64,000 nt of DNA from NCBI GenBank assembly GCA_002633005.1, contig NMRA01000111.1, positions 214,866 to 278,865 on the forward strand. The letters are read 5' to 3'. This DNA is from Phoronis australis. Lineage: Eukaryota > Animalia > Phoronida. Both the position numbers and the translations under genes were made by a program. The notes beneath the pieces are model-generated. The model had not been told where the DNA came from. It saw only the letters and a list, made by a program, of their open reading frames with translations, and did not search any database. This document shows, piece by piece, positions 1 to 11,700 of the stretch; within the stretch, counting starts at the first letter, position 1; every line of letters starts with the position of its first letter.

Positions 1-1020
1 CATCTAGGGATAACGAAGTGCCGAGCAAGAGCCATGGAATCTGTTTGGTGGCCACTCATCAGTACACAGACCTAACTGACTACACTAACCTGCGCTCTTC
101 CCAGACCAGAGACAAAGGAGCCCTTGTTGCCTTCATCTTTTCCTTACCGACCCTGGGAACGAATTGGAACCGACTTGTTCGAACTGAACAAACAACACTA
201 CGTCCTTGTGGTAGACTACTTCTCCAGATGGATTGAAGTTCGAAGACTTAGCCAGTCAAATGCGCAACACACGATTGAAGCACTCAAGTCAATATTCAGT
301 GCACATGGAATACCAGACATTGTTATATCCGACAATGGCCCCCAGTATGCTTGTGAAAGCTTTGACATGTTTGCCAAAGACTACGGCTTCGTTCATGTGA
401 CATCCTCACCTCTCTACCATCAGTGCAACGGAGAAGCCGAGCGCGCAGTCCAAACTGCGAAGAACATATTGAAAAAGAAGACTGATCCTCACCTAGGTTT
501 CCTGGCATACAGATCGATGCCCATTCACAATGGAAAGTCTCCGAGTCAACAACTCATGTCCAGACAGCTCCGAACAACTTTGCCGATAATGCCTAAAGCA
601 CTTCTTCACAATTCCATCGATGATCAGTCCGTAAGAGCGAAAGAAACTCGGCTTAACTCAAAGAACAAAGCAAACTTCGACCACAGACACCGAACTATGT
701 CCCTACCAGTATTAGGTGTTAGAGACCAAGTCTGGGTACGAGATCAAGACAAACACGGCGAAGTGAAAGAGAGTTCGACAAACCTGAGATCCTACCTTGT
801 CGTCACAGAGTCCGGTGCTACAATTAGCTGTAACCGGTCAGCGTTGATTCATACCGGAAATATGAATAGTGCCTCGCCAGAGAAGTTTACACCAAAGGAG
901 ACGACCCCCAAACCATCTTCAAACCCGGCATCAACCCCACCTACCGTAGACACCCTACACACCCAACAACTATGAAGTTCTCAACGGGTTATAAAACCAG
1001 TTGATCGCCTGAACCTCTGA
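1..1020 (+). mobile_element. Ty3/Gypsy LTR-retrotransposon pol fragment (integrase), degenerate
   Basis: Frame 1 reads HLGITKCRARAMESVWWP (zinc-binding region), then a stop at 73-75, then the rve core with DLFE..VDYFS, SDNGPQ and NGEAER (DDE triad). After the stop at 973-975 the frame continues SSQRVIKPVDRLNL*, a typical Gypsy integrase C-terminal motif. Two in-frame stops indicate a relic. No LTR confidently identified. Confidence 0.92.
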
Positions 1021-1341
1021 ACATTTGATTAATTTTCAGCGCTTAGTGATAAGGACATTAACATAGTTCAAAGACATTTATTACTTAAAGTGTTTACACT
1101 ATATTCTTAAACTATCTTGGAGTTGCTCTTTAGCGTTAGAGATAAATATATTGAGTGCCGGTTCCATCAGCGTTGTTGTTCCTACACTACACAACCAAAC
1201 AAGTTGGACTCAATGGGAGAACGCCGTAATGATTTGGTTTTAGGAAGTCTTTGAACCAAAGAGAGGTGGAAAATTAAATTGGCCTAAGAGCCTTGATGCA
1301 AAATAGACAGTGCCACTGTCTCTACTTAATGCTTGCAGTAA

Positions 1342-1780
1342 AGACAGTGGCCATCTCATAGGGCCTTCATATGCCGAAAGCGTTTCACTTAATTATGCCT
1401 CACACTGATAAACTATCAAAGTCACATTGTTATAAGTACCAGACTAGTAAAATGCTTGCGATATTGGTATCTTTTGCAAATAGAGGGACACTGACCTTAG
1501 GAGGTCAGGTGATATGACATATCCCCGGGCATGAGCAGTGTAAAATTATCCAGTTGCTGATTTGGGCAACTGAATAAAGGACTGCTCAAAATAGGTTGAT
1601 TATGCGAGTATTTGTTCGAGTTGGAATGGAAGGAATTAAAGACATTGACAGCCTCCTAAGATGACCTTCTATGTGCAAAAGGTACTTACAGCAATGTGAC
1701 TTTGATGATTTAATCAGTGTGAGGCATAATTCACCGAAAAGCTTCCTCGGATGAAGACCCTATGGGATGCTCACAGTCTC
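1342..1780. mobile_element. Old fold-back/MITE copy related to the 3332-4253 element
   Basis: The left arm (agacagtggccatctcatagggccttcat...aattatgcctcacactgataaactatcaaagtcacattg) is inversely complementary to ~1680-1780. Both arms align by eye with the TIRs of the 3332-4253 element. Confidence 0.7.
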
Positions 1781-1882
1781 TAGACTGTACTTTGCTTAGA
1801 CTTAGTGTTGCTATGATTGAGTTGTCTAGTAGTAGTAGTAGTTAGTAACAAGTGTACAAGAACGAGCTAGTGTAACACTTAC

Positions 1883-2140
1883 ATCTACATCGTCAGGATA
1901 ATCTCCGATGAACGAAGAATTACCCAACGACAGCAAACGCCTTCCGTTTGACATAATAGCATTCGTGCTAAGAATACCCATGTGGCCATCGCGGGAACTT
2001 GAAATCTCATGAGCCTCATGATTCGGAAGGTCGGATGCAGTTTCACGAGGTGAAAAGCTGAGAGAACTAAACTGTCCAAGCAAGCAAATTGACAGTAAGC
2101 AAACGCACAGTGTCGCTGCTTTGATTGCTTGCCTAGTCAT
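1883..2140 (-). CDS. Probable first coding exon of a secreted or membrane protein (rest of gene off the left edge); family uncertain
   Basis: ATG at 2140 gives MTRQAIKAATLCVCLLSICLLG (signal-peptide-like)...NGRRLLSLGNSSFIGDYPDDVD, 86 codons, ending at a consensus donor GAT|GTAAGT (phase 0). Divergent from BCKDK. Confidence 0.6.
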
Positions 2141-2229
2141 AGTCACGCACTGAAGAACATTGGAATCGTGTAACCCTTCGAAACAAGGAAACCAGTTTTC
2201 TATTTTTGTCCACGGCACCTACTGTAGTA

Positions 2230-2345
2230 GTCACATGACTTAACGGGAAGTCACGTTACTTTTTCATCAGTACTGAATAGTACCGCTAGGTGTACACTGA
2301 ACTTCTGATTGGGTAAAGTAATGTTCACGTGAACGTGGCTTGACC
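2230..2345. promoter_or_regulatory. Putative bidirectional promoter core between the upstream gene and BCKDK (E-box/CLEAR-like sites, CCAAT)
   Basis: GTCACATGAC at 2230-2239, palindromic GTTCACGTGAAC at 2323-2334 and an inverted CCAAT (ctgattgg) near 2306, all between two divergent start codons (2140 and 2779). Motif matches only. Confidence 0.4.
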
Positions 2346-2778
2346 TTTGTATTGTTAGCGACAACACAATCTCAACTGATAGGGTGTTTAACTTTCAGGG
2401 TCAAGTTGGAACGCAATTCCCAAAATGTGACGCTGAGATTACCAGAAGGACATTATTTCATATTCTAGTGGGATGCACTTTCTCTTTGATTGTCTGTGTC
2501 ATCTACTCATATAAGCAGGAACTTGACCTAGTTTTGTGCCATTCAGTGTGCTCGTGAATAGTTGCATGAATCCACTGGTACTGCTGTTGTGGTTTGCAAC
2601 GTTCCATATTGCTGCTGAGGAGTAATATACTGTCTGTCTGTATGGAGCCTTTGCGTGTCGAGGAGAAGGGCAATAGAAAAATAGTTGGCCCCATTTCCAT
2701 GCGTCATTCAACGAAGAACATCAAAAGTTTAGGCACAACTTTATAACTAATTCAAACTGTCTCCCTGTGACTTGGAAA

Positions 2779-5700
2779 ATGGCATGTTGGGGAAAACAGC
2801 TGAGACTGCGAGGAGGGTATCCTTTATATTGTAGTTACGCAAAGAACTGTGGAAATTTTATTGCTACCAGGCACCTGTCCGACGATTACAACTATATTAC
2901 CCAAGAAAGAGAGAGATCTCATTCTGTGTCGTCTTTCTACAATCAGCATGCAATTGATGTGGCTGCAGCAAAGGTAATGGAAAAGAAAAAATATTAGCAC
3001 ACCCTCAGAAATCACATTTGCATTATATCTAAGTTCTCATTCTCTCCCTACTATCTAAGACCACACTCAGAGGAGTGGGAGACATTGTTTTGTGCAATGC
3101 TTCATTGTCTTTCAACAGTAAAGCCAAGATTCTAACCTGGGTTTCCCAATCAGGAGACCGGAGCTCAAACCACTGAGCCACACTCCTCTAATGGAGAAGA
3201 AAGGATCAGAACGGTTAGACCGTCGATAGAAATCTAACAACATCCTGGATATTTCGGATCTCCCACCCAAATCAGTGGACACTGAGTTTGATAAATCACA
3301 AAGGTTCATTCCAAAGCATTTGCCAGAAAGCTAGGCAATGACCATCGCCTCTGTTGGCCCGAACCAGAGGCGATGCAGAGGCTATAGGCGCTCTGTACGC
3401 CGGAAGCTTTTTGGCGAATTATGCCTCGCACCGACTAAACCATCAAAGTCACGTTGTTATAAATACCTTTTGCGCATAGGGGAACACCTGAGGAGGTTGT
3501 CGATGTGTTTAATTCCTTCCAACTCGAACAAATACTCCCATTATCAAACTTTTTCTTTGAGCAGTCCCAATTTCAGTTCCCAAAATCGTGAAATCAGAAT
3601 TTTCATTTTTTTTAACCAGGCCGAAGGTCAGAAGTTGCGGTCCTACCGGCGAACTTTGAAAGCTGAAATTCCCGCCCTTTGCGTACGTGCTGCCGGGAAC
3701 CAGCCGTGCATTTGCCGTGTTGTTAAACATTAAAATGTCAAATATGTGCACAAAGACAATTAAATGTCATATCAACAGCATTTATTTTTATCAAATACAA
3801 ACAATAATTCATTGAAATACAATCAGTTTCAAGTAACGCCAGTTAAAGACAGTGGCATTTTGGAAACAAACATTTGACTGACAAGACCACAATGGCTCAC
3901 CTTTGGCCTATTTAAAGATTGAGTTCATGAAGTCACATCACCTAGCGAGCGCGATAAAAATTGGAGCGTGCGCAGTATAAAAAAATGTTGAGTTCACGAT
4001 TTTGGGAACTGAAATAGGGACTGCTCGAAGAAAAAGTTTCATAACGGGAGTATTTGTTCGAGTTGGAAGGAATTAAACATATCGACAACCTCCTAAGGTG
4101 TTCCTCTATGTGCAAAAGGTATTTATAACAACGTGACTTTGATGGTTTAGTCGGTGCGAGGCATAATTCGCCGAAAAGCTTCCGGCGTACAGAGCGCCTA
4201 TAGCCTCTGCATCGCCTCTGGTTCGGGCCAACAGAGGCGATGGTCATTGCCTACCAGAAAGCATGACGTGGCTTAGGTCTGAACAGCTGAAGTAAGAAAA
4301 ATGTTACTTCATGCACTCAAATGCATCCAAATGAATTTTCTCCAGACCATGGCCCTCACTCAACTACAGGCAAAGATACCTGTGTCTTTTGAGAGGGAAA
4401 TTTCTTTGGGTGAGGAGGAAATTATCAAGACTCTTAGTCTCCATCGAGCAAAATTATAATCTTGCTCAAATTGTCGCAGTACTTTTAAGGATGGTTACTA
4501 TATTCTAATTCTAAACTTGGTGGAAATGCTTAATCATGTGAGGGATTTTTTAGCTGATGAAGGGAAGTTCATGTGAAAGAATATTTGTTCAGTCCTTAAA
4601 CCCAAGCTTCAGGGGTCCTGCAGATGTAGTCATGAAATGGCACCTATATATTTTAAGTAGCCCAAATAGTCCTATCAATGGTTTGTAAAGAAATCAAACT
4701 TTGGTTGTGCAAATTTAGTATTGATGAACTAGTTCTTTTAGTTTTGAAATGGTAACAAAATAACAGTAAAGCGAAAATTAACTCTCCTTCTGTCATGAAA
4801 AAAGGGATTTTTTGGTTTAGACTACTTACCATCCGGAAACTGGTCGTAAATTGTTCCATAGTCAAAATAAGTTTGATTTCTGGCCTTGGAAAGGATTAAT
4901 GGTTCATTATTGTTTGAGGCCAGGCTCTACAATTTAGCTTATTACGGGCATGTCATTTTTATCGCCAAGCATGATTTTTAGATCATTGTTACAGAACAGG
5001 TTGGGACCAATTAGGGCAATAAGCACTCAGAGAGGTCTCATCTTTTGAGAGCCAGTTTCATGCCAGTTAGTGGAGAAAGCTAGTTTTTATGATGCGGGAC
5101 CCCTGTAAGTGCCTATTACCATGAATGGTAAGCGATTTAAATCAAAATATTTGTCGCTTTCCCATTAGAAGCGAAACTTTGCTCTTACCGAAGTTTCGGT
5201 AAGTGGGAAGGGTTAATTCCAGTAGTTAACCTGCAAGCGAAACTTTGCTTAAAAATAATACTAGGATTTAAAAGCGAAGCTTCATTAGTCACCGAAGCTT
5301 CGTTGTAGTGGGAACACTAAAAGTGAAGCTTAGTTGAAGTTATGGGTAGAGGTCGTGGCAACGATATACGATCACACGAGACTTGCACAACGTGTTCTGT
5401 GTTATTGTAGCATAGCCAACGTGCTCTCAATAGACGGAAGTAAAAGATCTGATGAAGGGCGACACTGATCATTGTCATAAACACTCCTAAATGGCAGAAC
5501 AATTTTCAGTTAGCCTTGAACCCACTACTCAGTATTCATAGAAGATTATGATTGCTGTTAAGGGCTGTTCAGTAAAAACTGTATGGGAGGAGGGGAGGCA
5601 CTTTTTTTCGAACCCAGCACCCATATGTTTCATTTATTTCTTCAGCCCACCACCTGTACTTTTTTATAAGTTTGAAATGCAACCACCTGCAATTTTTTGT

Positions 5701-8700
5701 TGTTCTTGTGGTTGACTACACAGGAACTTGAGTTTATCTGTTATTCTATCACCACTGACGTCATTCATTACTAAGAAAACATAATATGTTTCTTATATAT
5801 GATTATTAGCCATCGAGAAATTCGAGCGTCTGTGGTTGACTGGTGTTATGGGCATGCCGATGGGGAGATCGGAAGGAGTGAAAAAGACGAAGCTTTTTAC
5901 AAGTTGCGTTTTTGTTTTAGTTGTTGATTCTGTGCGGATTGTATATAAAACTTACTGAAATTACCCACCATCAAACATTTATGGCACAATGGAACAACAA
6001 CGACCTGTAAATTTTTATTTTTTGAAGTACGAGCACCAGCCATTTTGAGTTTAAATCAAACACAACCACCCATAAGTTTTTATTTCAATTGCCTTCCCCC
6101 CAGCCCTAAGTGGGAAAGGTAAGCAAAGTTTCGGCAAAGCTTCAGTAAACCAAAGTTCCCCTAATTGGAAAGCGACCTTAGTTTCTTCCTCTGAACTCTA
6201 GTTTACTACCTCATTAACTTCTTCGAAATATTTGTTAATAATTTAATAATACAAGTATTATATAAAATGGTGAATTTTTACGTTGTTCAATTCATATTCA
6301 TGGCATTTGGTTATGCTTCAGCAGCTCAAAATAACTTTAAAATACTTTTTGGCTAAAAAACCTGGGAATAATTTTTGGTCTGCTGGAGACGTTTCTAGTA
6401 TATGTTTGGCACTGATTGTCTTGAGCATAAAATGAATTGCATTTCCTCATGAGTAGCTATTTTAAAAACTTTAAACAAAACATGCAAATTGACCGTTGCA
6501 AAATCGGTTTCTAAATTCTTATCAACATGATAGAACTTTTATTACTTTCACTGCCACAAATAAGGTGCAATGCATAAAAGTTTATGCTGCTGAAAATTTA
6601 AGCCCATTAAGAGAATAAGTTGGTTTATCATTCAAGCGAGTTTTGATTTTTTTACCAGCTGATTGTTGCTAATGGAATGGCACTTATTTTGATAACAGAT
6701 ACCATAGCTCTAATATTTTTAGTTTTAATTACCAAAATAAAATCTTTCAAATTCGTGATCATGAAACGGGTTGGTTCCAAGGCCATTTTGATGCGCTCAC
6801 ATTTGTGTTTGGGTGCATTGTACGTTCATTCCCGTCCATCTGGCATCTGATGTTGTGTCTTCAAAACACCTTGAAGGATGTTTGTCAAATTTTATGGTCA
6901 TGTTCCTATCTTGGATAGGAGGGCAGAAGCCAGCTTTAGGACTACCGGGTATGTTCTAATGCTGTGCCCCCTAGCACTTGGCATTTGTTTAGGTTAGCCT
7001 CCATATCTACTAACTTTATGGATTTTCATGAAATTTGGCAATTGCTTTTCTATTAGAGAGACAACTACACCTTCCCATTTTCATTATACATAAGCTGTGC
7101 TCCGTTATGTGTCAAACCATGCCAGTGACCCCATACTTACTGTTCAGTATCTTCTTGACAATTGTAGTTGGTCATCTTTGTCCCGGACTTGATTGTTATG
7201 CCTTTGTTGTGAACTTTTGTGTATCTATCAATAAAGTACTCAGTCTGTACCCTGCTCTTTTATTCTATTTGTTGTAAGCACTTGATCCCAGGCTAATTCA
7301 CACAATCAATGTTTTTTTGCTGGCATGTTTTCCATGGGTTCACTGAACTCTGGGCTAAGAGGACTCATGACTCATGTCCACATGTTTTTTGTAATTCTTT
7401 ACCTGAATACATGAAGGTTTATGTTATTTCTGTTTTATGATTGTTAAATTTGTGTTTTGAACATCAGCCAGCCATCTAATTCACAGCACCATTTTAAAAA
7501 CCTTTATGATAGCATGGAAGCCAATAGTCACTTTGAGAGGTCTCGCATTTTCAGAACCAGTTGTCTCCACTGAATAACGGGCATCAAACTGGTTCTTAAA
7601 ATTGAGGAACCGTTGTAAATGACTGTTGCCCTGAGTGCTTCTGCTGAGCTAGATTACTAAAACTACACGCAGATGACTAAGAATTTGGCATCGATCCGGA
7701 CTACCAATGTGCCCCCTAGTGGCAATTTTCACGTTTGTATTTGGATCTTTGAAGTTCATTGATCAATGAATTTCGTGAAATTTGGCTACTAGGTTTTTAT
7801 TATGGAGGCAACGATGCCTTCAGTTTTCATTTTTTATGTGGATTCTGCCCCACCTATTGGCCAATTTTATTTTTCCGAGTTCAGTTTTTCTCTTTATTTG
7901 CTAAATTACTTAATGTGATACTGCTTATTGAATACAGTATTGTGTCATCATTACAGCATGTTAAAGTATTGACATGTCAACTAATTTCACCAAACTTTCT
8001 GTATTACAGGCATCTGTTCGTCTCATTCCCACAACCATGTTGTATGCTGGTAAAAGCCCTGATGGCAACCATATGCTGGTAAGTTGTGACATTATATGGT
8101 GACGAGAATTTGCGAGTACGATTAACAGAGTATAGTTTTGTGGGATACAAGTCCTCTAATCCTGAATCTAGAAGGTGCAGATAAAAGCATGTCTGACTGG
8201 CAGGGCTTGTACTTTAGTGACTGGCTTTTTTGTTTGGGGATAAAAGAACAGAGATGGGTATCAATGATAACTACTCCTGTTCATGGCAACCATTGACCAT
8301 TTTAGATAGTGTGGAAAAAGCATTTTCTCATATTTCAAAGTGCATACTTGGCTGCTACAGTGTTGACCTTTGCGAAATATCAAATGTCCACCGTTTTAGA
8401 AATTCGAACCACCCCCCCCTCCCCGCGCAATGCTGGATATTGGCCTGCACCAGGCATCCACAGACAAAATATTAAAAACAATATATCTGCTTGGTCAATA
8501 GTCGGATATCATGTGCCCACATTTTGACGCCCATCATTCTGTCAAGTGTCTTGGTGTTGTAAATTTTATGTAGATAGATGTTCATCTTCAGAGCAAATAA
8601 AAGTTATTTATATTTACGTGTAATTACGAACATCTGTTCAGTGATTAATTCTGCCAGTGAAAGCGGTTTCCAAATGCAGAATCTGTCTGGGCTATTGTTA

Positions 8701-11700
8701 CTGATGGCCGTAGTTCAGAAAATGATGAAAATGAATGCCTGAAATATTATGACCCGAAATTTTTGTACTCTGTGTAAGTTAAAGAATTGTCATTAGATAA
8801 ATAAATGTGTATGATTTTATTGTACACATTGTAATATTTTAATGTACTATTGTCAGGTGGTTACATTTACAATAGTTGTATGTGATAAGAACTCATGCTG
8901 TAAGCGGTTATAATTTGAAGGCATGCTTTATAATTTGTCGGTTATCACGTTTGATTTATGTGAGGCCCTGGCCAAGTGAAACTTCTGATAATGCAAACTT
9001 AACTTCTTTATGTTCAATGTAGGCTGATCAAGTTTGAGTCTAATACTGGAATAAAAACTTACAAAAATTAGCGACGTTGCGTCCGCATCTCACGGACTTC
9101 AGCTTGGCTTGTGACGTTATCGTTATTCTGGCCAGTTGGTGGCGTTTTGGCCAGACGACGTGGCATTGACGTCAGAACACCATCCCATAGGTGTGACAAA
9201 TCGAATCTTAAACCGCCTCTTTTATTCAAAGAGGGACTCTCAATGTGCTCATGGAGAGCTTCCTTTACACCCCTTCTGAACCAGTTTTTTTCACAGTCTG
9301 GGATAGTGACATCATCAGTATTGAAATCATGTCCAGTGGCGCACAGGTGACTATAAATAGGCGAATGATAAGTGTCCCGTAATTAGGACAACAATGTTGT
9401 GACATACACATTTTTATGGACTGTTTTTTTTGCCAATGTAACTGTGCACCGGGGATCCTTACACTGGACACCATAGACAACACATGATTTATTACCCTTG
9501 GGGTCTTGTACTTGACATTAACCAGTTGGCTGAGGAGAGAATAAAGGGTTTGTGGATGATAGAAATGTCAAACTGTTTAAGTGTCCTCTTGAGGCAGTCA
9601 GAAAGACCCTGGATGTAGGGAATCACCACACGAGTAGGAGAACTCTCAGTAGTGGTTGTCTGAGTGTTTACTTTTCTCCTCTCTGATCTTTCCTCTTTGG
9701 TGAACGACCAACATGTAGGTCGCTGAATGGTCAACAAAACTCGTTAATTACCTGAGAAATGTTATTCTTGTCCGAAGGTGAACATACATCTTTTTGTGTG
9801 CTCTGTTACTGCATTTTTGTGAACGTACAGAAATACTAATGTCCGATGAAGCACTCTCATATTTAGCGGTTTTTAAGTTCGGGCACTTTTTTGAAAAATT
9901 ATAAGTCTGGTTCCAGCTGAGTGCAGTAGAATGATTTTAAGGAACATGGAGGATCTGTATCTTGCTTGAATGCAGAAAACCAGAAGTGTCATTTGTCAGC
10001 CTAAACTGGCCAAATCATGAGCTATATACAGCACCAGTTGCTTTTGTTCTCAAAAACTGCTCAGGCATTATGGTGCTCTTGGTGCTCTCCCAGTTCAGTG
10101 ACATTTACCAGAGGTAGAGGGTTGTGAGCCTGTGATAACATCTAGCTCCTTTGTTAACTGCCAAGCACAGTCTTTTATCTGGTATGACAACAGGCAGGCC
10201 AATTATCTACCTGGCTTATTACAGACCACCTGTTAACACAGTCAAACCCAGAGCGAATTGGTATGTTCGGAAAGAATAGATTGTCATAACTTCGGTTGTA
10301 GTTGGACGATTTTGGCAATTCAATAACTAAACATGATCAGCATTTGACGAGGAATTCAGAAAGGCTATTGGTTTATGTTCAAATATGTTATGACTTAACT
10401 TATCATTTTTAACGGCACAGCCCTGTCAGGCTAGGTACGATACTGTTGAAGATTAGATCAATTATCGAACAAAAGAGTACTGGCCCTCCAACCATAAATG
10501 CCAGAATGATGTTTATTAGTCATGTAAGATATTGTCAAGGGGGGGGGTGGGTCATCATCCCAACTTGTTGAGCTATGGAATTGAACAAGTTGGGATCAAC
10601 GAACAAGTTGGGATCAAGGGGGAAAATGCTGTAATGGGGATGTGATTGCTCTGGTTTATGAAATGATATGCTTTCTTTGTACTTACTGTTGTATACATAT
10701 CTGTTTATTCTACAGTACTGCCATGCAGCAGTGTGGGTCAATCTGCCTCCTGTATGATGGTACACCTTGGCGTTACCAGTACTAAAACCTACATGTCTTA
10801 CACTAACTGCAATCATTTCTTGATCAGATGATATAATTATTAATGTGTCAACAAAACATGTCTTTACAAGCGCAAAATATTTAATGTGTATTTTGTATTG
10901 TTCAGTAATGCTACATGCTTATTCCTGAGTTATTGTTTCTTGACCAGTATTATCATTTTAAAGTTCAATTCTTTAGCTAATGGTAAAAAATGGAATTATT
11001 CATTTAGTCAAATTCGTCAACAAAAATGAGTGTTAATGTAGTTATACTTCATCATTTATATGGTTCGTCTTGGCAGCAGTCGTATAACATTGAAAAACGG
11101 GAAAGCAGCAAGCCTTTGACAAATAAAAGAATTATTTATTTATTTATTTTGTTTGAGATAATGTAAAATTTAGTATTGTCCTGATATACATTTCTTGTTT
11201 CTGCCAGAGGAGTGCCCAGTACCTTCACAAAGAGTTGCCTGTAAGGATTGCTCATCGCATTGTTGGGTTCAGAGGACTGCCATTCATTGTTGGATGTAAT
11301 CCTACCATTCTTGCTGTGGTAAGTAAGACATAACCATAGATGAACATGACAGGGAAATCTGAAATACCAGGTTGACTCATCTCTCTGTAATTATCATAGG
11401 TAAATTGTCCAAGGCCAAGTGCTATATGGCTTGTTGTTTCAATGCACCTACACCACTACTGTTCCTCTGACCTGGTTCTTATAGGTCACATTGAGAGGTC
11501 AAACCAGCCAGGTGCAGGTGGTTTAGATTTATGAGGTATACATTCATTGCATCATAAACAGTAGAGGTCTCAGAAGAGGTTGCGTATTAATTTTGTGAAA
11601 TGAAGGAACATGATGTTAAAAGGTTACCATTAATGCTCTTGGTTTAAGAACAGAAATCTTAAATTCTACATCTGTGAAAGAATACGAAAACAAGTTTGAC

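Noticed and set aside
1020-1340. 3' LTR/PPT of the Gypsy element
   Set aside because: Purine tracts exist, but there is no clear TG...CA LTR and no second copy in the window to confirm one.
3115-3187. Possible tRNA gene (a weaker similar signal lies at ~14080-14155)
   Set aside because: The B-box is imperfect and no clean cloverleaf is visible, so it is treated as a SINE head.
3338-4247. Twin ORFs [12 protein letters not shown]... on opposite strands, suggesting a duplicated gene pair
   Set aside because: They are chance ORFs in the two arms of a TIR element with a 9-bp TSD, with no protein-family features.
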